Shown here piece after piece: positions 19,242 through 27,198 of a stretch of DNA of 64,000 nucleotides. The DNA comes from an uncultured Gemmatimonadales bacterium (lineage in GTDB: Bacteria > Gemmatimonadota > Gemmatimonadetes > Gemmatimonadales > GWC2-71-9), in the NCBI GenBank assembly GCA_963739455.1, contig CAVUAK010000001.1:32001-96000 (forward strand), given 5' to 3'. A program made the position numbers and the translations under genes. The notes below the pieces were generated by a model. That model ran no database searches. It saw only the letters and a program-made list of their open reading frames with translations, and was not told the DNA's origin. How positions within the stretch are numbered: the stretch's first letter is position 1; each line of letters begins with the position of its first letter.

Positions 19242-19817
19242 TCAGGCGTGACGATGGCCACGGCGCACTTCGGGGGGCAGCTTCGCGGCGGGGAGGTACT
19301 TGAGCTCCTCGCCAGTCCGGACGGCGCTGAGCAGCATGGCGCCGCGGCTCATGTCACCCAGGCCCACGAACGCCGCGGGATAGAAGAGCCGCTCACCGAG
19401 TATGTCGCAGAGAATGCCGAGATACTTGCGGGTGGCAATGCTGCCAAGGAAGACGATGCGGTCGCCCGTGAGGAGCCGCACGTCCCGCTCGAGCGCCTGG
19501 CGATAGCGACTGTCGTGGATGTCGATGGCGAGCTCGCTGAAGCTCCGGAGATCCTCGGCAGTGATGCGCGTGTCGATGGGCAGGAGCCCGCGGTCGGTGG
19601 TGATGACCTGGATGCCATCACCGGGGTGCCCGAAGCGCGCAGCGTAGGCAAGCTTGCCGCGGAAGTAGAGGCCGCTGAGGAAGCTGAAGACCTCGCCGAT
19701 CGGTGCGCCGCGGGGCCCGCGGATGCTGCTTGCGAGGGGAAAGTCCGCCTCATCGTTGAGCAGCACCCTTGCCCGCCTGCCGCCAGCGTGAGCCGGCGAC
19801 AGGAGGAAGGTGGTCAC
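19242..19817 (-). CDS. Conserved hypothetical protein, possibly YaaA/DUF6884-like
   Basis: FLLSPA, FLSGLYFRGKLAYA, VITTDRGLL, VFLGSIATRKY, GDMSRG; coding-like codon usage. Confidence 0.6.
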   Translation of the reverse strand: MTTFLLSPAHAGGRRARVLLNDEADFPLASSIRGPRGAPIGEVFSFLSGLYFRGKLAYAARFGHPGDGIQVITTDRGLLPIDTRITAEDLRSFSELAIDIHDSRYRQALERDVRLLTGDRIVFLGSIATRKYLGILCDILGERLFYPAAFVGLGDMSRGAMLLSAVRTGEELKYLPAAKLPPEVRRGHRHA

Positions 19818-19833
19818 TTCCGACGCACCGGGC

Positions 19834-20391
19834 TCAGAAGCGGATTCGAATACCAGCATTGATCGGGATGAAGCTGATATCATCGGGATCTGTGAAGACG
19901 CGGTGGAAGCGCGTTTCCGCAAAGAACCCGAACGGAGCATTGACGACGGCGAAGTCGACGCCGATGCCGGCGTTGAGGCCGAAGTTGCCGTCATAGAGGC
20001 CGAGCCCGCCGATGAGGTACGGGCGAAAGGCATTCGAGTCGGAGCCGAGTTCATACACGACCCCGATGGTGGCCTGGAACAGCGTGGAGTTCAGGTCCAC
20101 TGCCATCAGGTCGAGCTGCAGGTCGATGGGCCAGTTGTGCGGCGTGGCCCGGAGGCTGGCACCGATATCCCAGCCGGTGCTCAGGCCATCGGGGGACGTC
20201 GGAAACACAACGCCGATGGTGGGGCGGATCTCGAACTTGTACTCTCGCGCGGCCTGGGTGGCAGCGTTGGGCTTGTTCGCCTGTGCCGCGAGGAGGCCCG
20301 GTGTCGCGACGGTGGTAGCCAGTGTAACAAGGGAAACGGCGGTGACAGCGCGAATGAGCTGTGATCGCAGTTCGTATGTACGTCCGTGCAT
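19834..20391 (-). CDS. Outer-membrane beta-barrel protein (small OmpA/OmpW-like)
   Basis: Signal peptide; FRPYLIGGLG, FGLNAGIG strands; C-terminal GIRIRF. Confidence 0.8.
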   Translation of the reverse strand: MHGRTYELRSQLIRAVTAVSLVTLATTVATPGLLAAQANKPNAATQAAREYKFEIRPTIGVVFPTSPDGLSTGWDIGASLRATPHNWPIDLQLDLMAVDLNSTLFQATIGVVYELGSDSNAFRPYLIGGLGLYDGNFGLNAGIGVDFAVVNAPFGFFAETRFHRVFTDPDDISFIPINAGIRIRF

Positions 20392-20541
20392 TGAGTTCTC
20401 CCGAGCAAGTTGGGACATGCGCTTTGCATGCCTGTGCTGTATACCCATCAGTGTCCCAAAGCACTCGAAATGAATCCTGAAACCAACGGCGGCCATGTGT
20501 TGTAGTAATGGTTTCACAACGTAGACAGGACATTCATATCC

Positions 20542-20976
20542 ATGCATACTGATCGCATAGCAGAGGCCTCGGTCATCATCAACATGTCGCGCGAGGCGGT
20601 GTGGAACGCGCTGACAGACCCCCAGGCCATTTCGCAGTACATGTTCGGCACGACGGTGACGACGGACTGGCTCGAAGGGAGCGAGATCCGCTGGAAGGGC
20701 GAGTGGAAGGGCCGCGCCTACGAAGACAAGGGCACCATACTGGCCATCGTGCCATTCCGGCGGCTCGTGTATACGCACTACAGCCCACTTTCGGGGCAGC
20801 CGGACACGCTGGACAATTATCACACTGTAACAATTGCGCTGGTTCCCGATGGACAGCGCACCGAGGTGACACTGACACAGGACAACAATTCCTCTGACGA
20901 CGCGAAAGCGCATTCAGAGGAGAATTGGGCGGGGATGCTGATCGGTCTCAAGCGTTACGTCGAGGCGCGACGGTAA
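20542..20976 (+). CDS. SRPBCC/AHSA1 domain protein
   Basis: VWNALTDP..ISQYMFGT..TDW..G; C-terminal W..ML..LK..VE. Confidence 0.85.
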   Translation: MHTDRIAEASVIINMSREAVWNALTDPQAISQYMFGTTVTTDWLEGSEIRWKGEWKGRAYEDKGTILAIVPFRRLVYTHYSPLSGQPDTLDNYHTVTIALVPDGQRTEVTLTQDNNSSDDAKAHSEENWAGMLIGLKRYVEARR

Positions 20977-21102
20977 TTCCGCTCTAAAGCAACGGGATCC
21001 CCTCGCTTCGCTCGGGATGCTTCGCACATTGCGAGTCTTGCGAGTGCAGTTGTGAGTTGTTAGTCTGAGTGGCGGTAAAGAGCACGAAGAAAAAAAGCAG
21101 TA

Positions 21103-21170
21103 CCTTGACGACGGAGAGCATGTCTCCGAAGTGGAAGGCGCCAGCAGACACTGTCTGCGGCGCCTTTTTT
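21103..21170 (+). promoter_or_regulatory. Leader element A: hairpin plus intrinsic terminator 5' of yciF (attenuator/riboswitch candidate)
   Basis: CGGAGA/TCTCCG stem, then GGCGCC-A-GCAGAC / GTCTGC-GGCGCC-T6, ending about 30 nt before the ATG. Confidence 0.6.
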
Positions 21171-21199
21171 GTTCACACTACTCAAGCAGGAGTTGCATC

Positions 21200-21799
21200 A
21201 TGTCGCTCGACAACTTGAATGACCTGCTCACCGAGCAGCTGCAGGATATCTACTACGCAGAGAAGCAGCTGGTGAAGGCGCTCCCGAAGATGGCAAAGGC
21301 CGCCAACACCCCGGAGCTGGTGACGGCCTTCACCGATCACCTGGAGCAGACGAAGGAGCACGTGGCGCGGCTGGAGCGCGCGTTCGCGGCAATGGGCGTC
21401 ACCGCGAAGGCGAAGAAGTGTCCGGCGATCGAGGGCCTGATCGAGGAAGCGTCGGAGATGATCGAGGAAGAGGGTGAGCCGTCAGTGCTGGACGCCGGCC
21501 TCATCGCCAGCGCACAGCGGGTGGAGCACTACGAGATCGCCGCGTATGGCAACGCGCGCGCGTTCGCGGAGGCGCTGGGCAACAATGACGTCGTTGCCAT
21601 CCTGGACGAGACGCTGGGTGAGGAGCATGCGGCCGATGAGCTGCTCGGCACGATCGCGATGGACACGGTGATCCCCGCGGCGCTCGAGGCGGGCGGCGGC
21701 TCGGAGGAGATGCAGGACGAGGATGAGGACGAGGAGGAAGTGGCCTCGACGGCGAAGGCGTCATCCAGCAAGGGACGCCAGAACCCGGTCAAGAAGTAG
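21200..21799 (+). CDS. yciF: Ferritin-like stress protein YciE/YciF (DUF892)
   Basis: DIYYAEKQLVKALPKM, HLEQTKEH, AQRVEHYEIAAYG, TLGEE..AD. Confidence 0.9.
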   Translation: MSLDNLNDLLTEQLQDIYYAEKQLVKALPKMAKAANTPELVTAFTDHLEQTKEHVARLERAFAAMGVTAKAKKCPAIEGLIEEASEMIEEEGEPSVLDAGLIASAQRVEHYEIAAYGNARAFAEALGNNDVVAILDETLGEEHAADELLGTIAMDTVIPAALEAGGGSEEMQDEDEDEEEVASTAKASSSKGRQNPVKK

Positions 21800-21842
21800 C
21801 GAGCGAAGCGAAGTCTCGTCGAATCGAATGGTGCGGTCGTGC

Positions 21843-22292
21843 TCACGTGGGCAGGGCCGCGCCATTTTTCGTGTTGTCCCCGGAGTCGTCGGGGAGGATC
21901 CGGCTGCGAGTGAGTTCGTCGAACTCGTCGAGTCCCATCCAGCCGAAGTAGCGGCGATTGTTCGCGAAGGTGCGGTACATCCAGTCGCCGATGGCGCGGG
22001 GCACGAGCCGTCCGAGGGTGCCGACGACTCCCCAGAGCCCGCCGACAAAGTGCATGACGCCGAGCACCGCTGCGTAGCGCTGCACCGGGAGACCGTTGCG
22101 GGGCATCCAGATGGCGCTGTCGCGCGCGCTGAAGGCGGGATCCTCGCGCCTCACGGCGTCGCCATGTGCTCCCTGAAGCGGTGCGATGCGGAGCTGCCCG
22201 GAGGAATCGGCGTGAACGAACCACTGGACGAAGCGACGGCAGACGCTACAGCGCGCGTCGTACAGAAGCAGGGGATTCTCATTGTCTGGCAT
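21843..22292 (-). CDS. DCC1-like thiol-disulfide oxidoreductase (DUF393)
   Basis: LLYDARCSVC (DxxCxxC), D.MY..FA.NR. Confidence 0.85.
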   Translation of the reverse strand: MPDNENPLLLYDARCSVCRRFVQWFVHADSSGQLRIAPLQGAHGDAVRREDPAFSARDSAIWMPRNGLPVQRYAAVLGVMHFVGGLWGVVGTLGRLVPRAIGDWMYRTFANNRRYFGWMGLDEFDELTRSRILPDDSGDNTKNGAALPT

Positions 22293-22339
22293 TCGAGCAA
22301 CGTACCACGGAAGGTGGCTGCCGGGTCATTTCGTGGTGT

Positions 22340-22783
22340 TCAAGCAGCAGCGCAGTCGGGACCCTTCACCGTCCGGTCGCGGAAGAGCACGGAACCGGGA
22401 TCGGCGGGGACGGCGATGATGTCGATGGGCATGGTCTTCGCCGCGCCCGGCTTGCACGAGCGGTAAGTGATGACGGTGAAGACGCCCTTCACACCCTTGG
22501 GATCGGGCTGGATGACGACGGAGTCGCCCGCAGTGGCGGGGTTGGCGGCGACGATCACCATTTTCCTGGTGAAGTTGATATTGGGGGCCTTCCGCACCTT
22601 GCCGCTGGCGTCGGGGCGACCGGCGGATGTTGCCCAGGCGCTCCGGAAGGTGGCGGTGTCCCGGATGACTTCCTGGTATGGTGCGATGAAGTCAGAGTCG
22701 GCGCCGCGATAGACCTTCTGCGCCTTGGGCGCAGGCGCAACCGTGATGAGGGCGAGTACGGCAGGAACGGTGAATGCGCGCAT
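22340..22783 (-). CDS. Hypothetical secreted protein
   Basis: GAGG RBS, signal peptide MRAFTVPAVLAL; follows the BNR gene in operon. Confidence 0.6.
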   Translation of the reverse strand: MRAFTVPAVLALITVAPAPKAQKVYRGADSDFIAPYQEVIRDTATFRSAWATSAGRPDASGKVRKAPNINFTRKMVIVAANPATAGDSVVIQPDPKGVKGVFTVITYRSCKPGAAKTMPIDIIAVPADPGSVLFRDRTVKGPDCAAA

Positions 22784-22790
22784 GTTGTCC

Positions 22791-23846
22791 TCAAAATCCG
22801 CTGATCTTGGTGATCTTGCCACGTGTGCCAACGGCCCAGCCTGCACGGGGTGAGGCGAACCCCACACTCCAGTAGTTGAGCGTGTCGATGGCGACCCAGG
22901 TGGCGCCATCATCGGCGGACCAGGCGGCGCCACCGGGGCCCACCACGACGGCGGTGGGCTTCTTCGTGCCCGGGACGTAGACGCCGCCCCACGCACCAGT
23001 CTTCATGGGAAGCTTGCCGCGGAGCGCCCAGGTGAGGCCACTGTCGGCGGTGAGAGCAACGTTCTCGTCTCCCAGTTTCCCCGTGGTGCCACCACCGAAC
23101 GCCATGCCATGCTTGCCGTCGCGAAAGGCAATGGATGCTGCACCGGCACCGGCGCGCGTGGTGAGGGGCAATGTTACGGAGCCCCAGGTGCGGCCGTAAT
23201 CACCCGAAAGTAGTACGCGGGAACGGATGCTGTCGGCAGCGACGATCCAGACGCGGCCCGGCGGGCCCGTCACCAGGCAGGTGCCGCTCGCGGCGTAGCT
23301 GCCCTCACCGTCGGGTGCGGTGGGCGTGGTGGCCGCCGGCGTAGGGTTCCAGTGCAGCCCGCCATCGTCGGTGGTGAGGATGCCGGTGTGACCCTTCGAC
23401 GCGTCGCCGACGGCGATGCCGCGCTGAGCGTCCCAGAAATCGAAGCAATCGTAGAAGGCGTCGGGGTCCTGGTTGGTGAACTGGAGGGTCCAGTTGGTGC
23501 CACCGTCGGCGGTGTAGTAGATGCGCGAGCTGGCGCCGTTGCCGATGCTGAGGAGCCAGGCGTGGTTGGCATCGAGGGCGTGCACATCGCGGAACTGGAG
23601 CGAATCGGCGCCGGGCACCTTCCCGGCCTGCCAGGTGGCACCGCCATCGATGGTGCGAAGCCAGGTGCCGCCGCTGCCACTGACCCAGGCAACCGAATCG
23701 GTGACGGCGCTCACGGCAATGAGCAGCGCCGAGGTGTTGCTTACCTGAGTTGTGCGCGAGACGTTGACGGGCGCCGCGGCGGGGCTGCCGCCGCCGGAAC
23801 AGGCTGCCAGGACGATCAGGGCGAAGGCAGGAATACGACGCATCAA
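22791..23846 (-). CDS. Ycf48/BNR (Asp-box) repeat beta-propeller lipoprotein
   Basis: Lipobox LAAC; repeated TxDGGxxW Asp boxes. Confidence 0.85.
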   Translation of the reverse strand: MMRRIPAFALIVLAACSGGGSPAAAPVNVSRTTQVSNTSALLIAVSAVTDSVAWVSGSGGTWLRTIDGGATWQAGKVPGADSLQFRDVHALDANHAWLLSIGNGASSRIYYTADGGTNWTLQFTNQDPDAFYDCFDFWDAQRGIAVGDASKGHTGILTTDDGGLHWNPTPAATTPTAPDGEGSYAASGTCLVTGPPGRVWIVAADSIRSRVLLSGDYGRTWGSVTLPLTTRAGAGAASIAFRDGKHGMAFGGGTTGKLGDENVALTADSGLTWALRGKLPMKTGAWGGVYVPGTKKPTAVVVGPGGAAWSADDGATWVAIDTLNYWSVGFASPRAGWAVGTRGKITKISGF

Positions 23847-23942
23847 TGGCTCCGTCAGCGGGTAGCAGGAGAAGAGCCCAGAGCGGGCTCGAACAACGTA
23901 TCAGTGTTACAGAAGAGAATCCGCCCAACCAGGGGCGAGATT

Positions 23943-24013
23943 GCCTTACGATCGGAGCGATGTCGGCTTCGAACGGGCGGGCGCGGCAGCAGACGCTGCG
24001 TGCGCCCTTTTTT
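23943..24013 (+). promoter_or_regulatory. Leader element B: hairpin plus intrinsic terminator 5' of the HhH protein gene (homologous to element A)
   Basis: TCGGAGC/GCTTCGA stem, then GGGCGCG-GCAGC / GCTGC-G-TGCGCCC-T6, about 40 nt before the ATG. Confidence 0.6.
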
Positions 24014-24052
24014 GTGTTACTGACCACGACACCCAGGAAAGAGAGCAATCAT

Positions 24053-24484
24053 ATGCGAAACAAGCTGATCGCCGTACTCGGGGCACTCATGCTGAGCGCC
24101 GGAGCAATGCAGGCCCAGACGGGTGCTGCCACGAAGGCACCGATGGACATCAACACTGCGTCACGCACCGAGCTCGCCTCGGCCGGCTGGGGCCAGTATG
24201 CCGATGCCATCATCGCGGGCCGGCCGTACAAGAACATGAATGACCTGGTGGAGAAGAAGGTCGTTCCGCAGAAGGCGTATGATAAGGGGTACGGCAACTT
24301 CACGATCGGGGATGGCAACTCACCGCTGTCCGACGGTAACAGCGCCCAGCCGATGACGCCGCCGGCCGCAACGCCGCCGACCGTCACGCCGGGCACTGCT
24401 CCGACCGTCACGCCGGGCACTGCCCCGACCGTAACGCCGGGTGCAGCCCCGACCACGACCGCACCTGCAGCTCCAGCCAAGTAA
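24053..24484 (+). CDS. Secreted ComEA-like helix-hairpin-helix protein with Pro/Thr-rich repeat tail
   Basis: Signal peptide; DINTAS..EL..., AIIAGRPY..DLVEKKVVP..YD; PTVTPGTA repeats. Confidence 0.75.
   Translation: MRNKLIAVLGALMLSAGAMQAQTGAATKAPMDINTASRTELASAGWGQYADAIIAGRPYKNMNDLVEKKVVPQKAYDKGYGNFTIGDGNSPLSDGNSAQPMTPPAATPPTVTPGTAPTVTPGTAPTVTPGAAPTTTAPAAPAK
24377..24455 (+). repeat. 24-bp in-frame tandem repeat (PTVTPG(T/A)A) x3
   Basis: ccgaccgtcacgccgggcactgcy repeated. Confidence 0.85.
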
Positions 24485-24567
24485 CCTGTCCGTCGGGGGC
24501 GCGCGCGAGTTCGTTCGCGCGCGTCCCCGTCGTGACGTCCCCAGTCAACGAAGCAAGAGGATAGACG

Positions 24568-25179
24568 ATGAGCCGCTCCACAACCGAAGCAATCAACAGC
24601 TACCTGACCGATATGCTGGCGCTCGAGGAGCACATCCTCGTGGCGGTCACGGCACAGGTGAAGGACTTCAAGGATGGGCCGCAGGTGCTGGTCATGGCGC
24701 TCGAGGCGATCCAGGTCACGGTCGAGCATCATGTGGTCTCGCTGAAGGAGATCATCCAGGAGCGCGATGCGGGTGCGGCGAACTCGATCGCGGAGGCAGT
24801 GAAGCGCGCGGCGTCGGTCCTGGCGGGTGCAGGAGCTGCTGCAGTCGACCTGGTGCGGAACGAGAAGTTGCCCAAGGACCTGCGGGACGACTACACCGCC
24901 TTCAGCCTGGCAACAGTGAGCTACGTGATGCTGCTGACCACAGCCATGTCACTGAACGACCAGCCTGTGGCGGAAGTGGCGGAGCGTCACTTGAAGCACT
25001 ACACGAAGGTGGTCATGAAGCTGAACAACATCCTGCCGTCGGCGGTGATCGCGGAACTGCGGGAAGAGGGGTTGCCGGCGCGGGAAGAACAGTTGCCCGC
25101 GATCGCGCGGACGCTCAAGGGCGTGTGGAGTGATCCGTACAACGAGGTGCCGGAGGTGGATGAGGTGAGCGTGGGCTAG
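24568..25179 (+). CDS. Ferritin-like domain hypothetical protein
   Basis: YLTDMLALEEHI, HH, LRDDYTAFSLA..SY.ML four-helix pattern; GAGG RBS. Confidence 0.7.
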   Translation: MSRSTTEAINSYLTDMLALEEHILVAVTAQVKDFKDGPQVLVMALEAIQVTVEHHVVSLKEIIQERDAGAANSIAEAVKRAASVLAGAGAAAVDLVRNEKLPKDLRDDYTAFSLATVSYVMLLTTAMSLNDQPVAEVAERHLKHYTKVVMKLNNILPSAVIAELREEGLPAREEQLPAIARTLKGVWSDPYNEVPEVDEVSVG

Positions 25180-25189
25180 GAACTGCAAC

Positions 25190-25232
25190 TGAGTGAGGGG
25201 TGAGGGGAAAGTCTCCCTTCACCCCTCACTCA
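25190..25232. terminator. Hairpin built from inverted GGGTGAG heptamer units between convergent genes
   Basis: TGAGTGAGGGGTGAGGGGA / TCCCTTCACCCCTCACTCA (19 bp, one G-U). Confidence 0.65.
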
Positions 25233-25236
25233 TTGC

Positions 25237-25575
25237 TCAGGCGTCGCGGAGGGCCCGGGCGGCGAGGTAGCCCACGGCGAGTGCCGCCAGGAGGGACTTG
25301 GCGGGATGGCGGCGGACGATGGACTCGACATCGGCGAGCATGTCGCGGCCATCGTTGTGACGAACGTAGCGGGAGGCCGACTCGACCCTGTCGGCCACCT
25401 TGTGGGTGACCGCGCTGACGCGCTCGGCGCTGGTGGTGATATCGTCGGCGCGGCGGTGCAAGGTGCGCGCGGCGCCCTTCAGGCTGTCCGCGGCGACGGT
25501 ACGGCCGTCGTCGAGCGTTGCTTCTACGGCGTCGCCGATGTCATTGCCCAGGTGCCGGCCAGTATCGTGCTTCAT
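25237..25575 (-). CDS. ElaB/YqjD-like C-tail-anchored stress protein
   Basis: Helical N-terminus; C-terminal VRRHPAKSLLAALAVGYLAARAL; GGAGG RBS. Confidence 0.7.
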   Translation of the reverse strand: MKHDTGRHLGNDIGDAVEATLDDGRTVAADSLKGAARTLHRRADDITTSAERVSAVTHKVADRVESASRYVRHNDGRDMLADVESIVRRHPAKSLLAALAVGYLAARALRDA

Positions 25576-25599
25576 AAGTCCTCCGCTAGTGGAAAATGC

Positions 25600-25845
25600 C
25601 TACCTCGTACTACCGAGCGGGGACAGTTTTGTGTCGGTGATCAGGCGCTCGGTGAAATCGAGCCGCGCCTCGAGCTCACTGACCCGCGATTCGAGCGCGT
25701 CAATGTAGGACTGGTGCCGCTCGACCTCCTCGAAGCGGGACCGATACTCGCTGACCTGTTCCCGGCGCTGCCAGCGCCGGCGCCGCATCATCATGAACAG
25801 CATGATCAACGGCACCCAGAACATCCACCCCATCGCCCAGAACAT
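25600..25845 (-). CDS. Small membrane protein with coiled-coil tail
   Basis: N-terminal TM, ELEARLDFTERL tail; AAGGAGA RBS. Confidence 0.7.
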   Translation of the reverse strand: MFWAMGWMFWVPLIMLFMMMRRRRWQRREQVSEYRSRFEEVERHQSYIDALESRVSELEARLDFTERLITDTKLSPLGSTR

Positions 25846-25872
25846 TTCTCTTCTCCTTGCTCGTTGCCGTAG

Positions 25873-26448
25873 CTAGGCGGTCCGTTCGCTCCACGCGCCA
25901 TCGATATCTTCTGCAGCCTTCTTCAGGATCTCCGCCACCTTCCGGAGGGACGGATCATCGGGTCCGAGGCGCCATGCCCGCTTGAAGGTGGTGCCCGCCA
26001 GGTGCGCGAAGGCAGTGTGCACCTCACCCATGCCGCCACCGGCGAAGTCGCGCACCGTCTCGCGGACGCGGTCGAAGATCTCGTCGAGGACATCGCGATG
26101 CTCGTCGAGATACTTCTCGCCCTCCGGCGTGACGTGATAAACCTTCTTGCCCTCGGTGTCGACAGCGCGGACGTAGCCCTCGTCCTCGAGGAGCTGAAGG
26201 GTGGGATACACCGTGCCCGCGGACGGGGTGTAGTGGCCGCGGAACTTCTCCTCCAGGGCCTTCATGACCTCGTAGCCGTGCCTCGGCTTCTCGCGGAGAA
26301 GCCGGAGGATGACGAACTTCATTTCCCCCGATTCGAACATCTGGCTGCGGCGGCGTCCCCTGGGACCACCCCCGCCAGCCCAGCCACGCCAGCCTCGGCC
26401 GAAGGGGAAATCGGCCCCGAAACCCCAGTCATCACATGACTTACGCAT
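25873..26448 (-). CDS. PadR family transcriptional regulator (YqjI-like)
   Basis: PRHGYEVMK, YTPSAGTVYPTLQLLEDEG, KKVYHVTPEG. Confidence 0.92.
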   Translation of the reverse strand: MRKSCDDWGFGADFPFGRGWRGWAGGGGPRGRRRSQMFESGEMKFVILRLLREKPRHGYEVMKALEEKFRGHYTPSAGTVYPTLQLLEDEGYVRAVDTEGKKVYHVTPEGEKYLDEHRDVLDEIFDRVRETVRDFAGGGMGEVHTAFAHLAGTTFKRAWRLGPDDPSLRKVAEILKKAAEDIDGAWSERTA

Positions 26449-26481
26449 TTTCCTACCTCGTTATTTCGTGAGACATTACGC

Positions 26482-26493
26482 ACGATATATCGT
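26482..26493. promoter_or_regulatory. Palindromic operator, probable PadR autoregulatory site
   Basis: Perfect palindrome ACGATATATCGT about 35 nt upstream of the padR ATG. Confidence 0.55.
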
Positions 26494-26546
26494 AAGATAT
26501 GACGAGGAAGGCGTCAAGTGGGATGTGCTCTCGGGGCGGACTCGAA

Positions 26547-27122
26547 CTATCCGCCGTTTCGCTCTCGCGCGAGTTCCGACAGGAGGTGTCGCAAGGCATT
26601 CACGAGATCCTTCTCCCTCGACCCCACATCTGGTCCCGTGCCTTCGGCTCCCTTCCCTTCACCGCGCGACTTGGCCTCCAGTGCTGCGATCATGGCGATC
26701 ACCGCCGCTACCGCCGCCAGCACCGCCGCGATCATGGTGCCTATCGGAGGAAAGCATGCCACCACCGCAGCCGCCATCGCCTGATCTGGTGACACACCAA
26801 GATTCGCCCCTGCCCCGGCAGATGCGCGAAAGAGCGAAGCGAAGACCGCCGCCTCGGACTCACGTTCCGATGGCTCCTTGAACCGCACGCGAACGGCGGC
26901 ATGCGAGGCGCCGGAGGACGACTCATTTCCAAGAAACTCGACACTCTCAACCATTGTCGCGGGAATCTTCGCCCAGTCCGTGCGCGATGGTGCAGGCGAG
27001 AAAAGGAAGGCGTCCGACCCAGTTTCCATCGACTTCGCAAAGCCGCTGCATGCCAGCGGCGCACGCAATGCGCCGTCACGGAGCTTCCTGATGAAGTCCT
27101 CTGCGGATAGTGTGTCGCCCAT
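26547..27122 (-). CDS. Hypothetical protein with C-terminal hydrophobic helix
   Basis: GAGGTG RBS, 191-aa ORF. Confidence 0.55.
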   Translation of the reverse strand: MGDTLSAEDFIRKLRDGALRAPLACSGFAKSMETGSDAFLFSPAPSRTDWAKIPATMVESVEFLGNESSSGASHAAVRVRFKEPSERESEAAVFASLFRASAGAGANLGVSPDQAMAAAVVACFPPIGTMIAAVLAAVAAVIAMIAALEAKSRGEGKGAEGTGPDVGSREKDLVNALRHLLSELARERNGG

Positions 27123-27198
27123 GGGCCCACCTCATGTTGTTGCAGGGTGAGCCTGAAACACTACCGCAATCCGTGCTTCCGTGAATTGGGTGCCGGGC

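Noticed and set aside
21104..21131. Hammerhead ribozyme core in leader A (TGACGA-stem-GAAG)
   Set aside because: Lacks the exact CUGANGA/GAAA core and stems I/III; the homologous copy B does not keep the core
21113..21131. Glycine riboswitch (GGAGA..CCGAAG resemblance)
   Set aside because: Remaining conserved elements (CTCTCAGG) are absent and the gene context is unrelated
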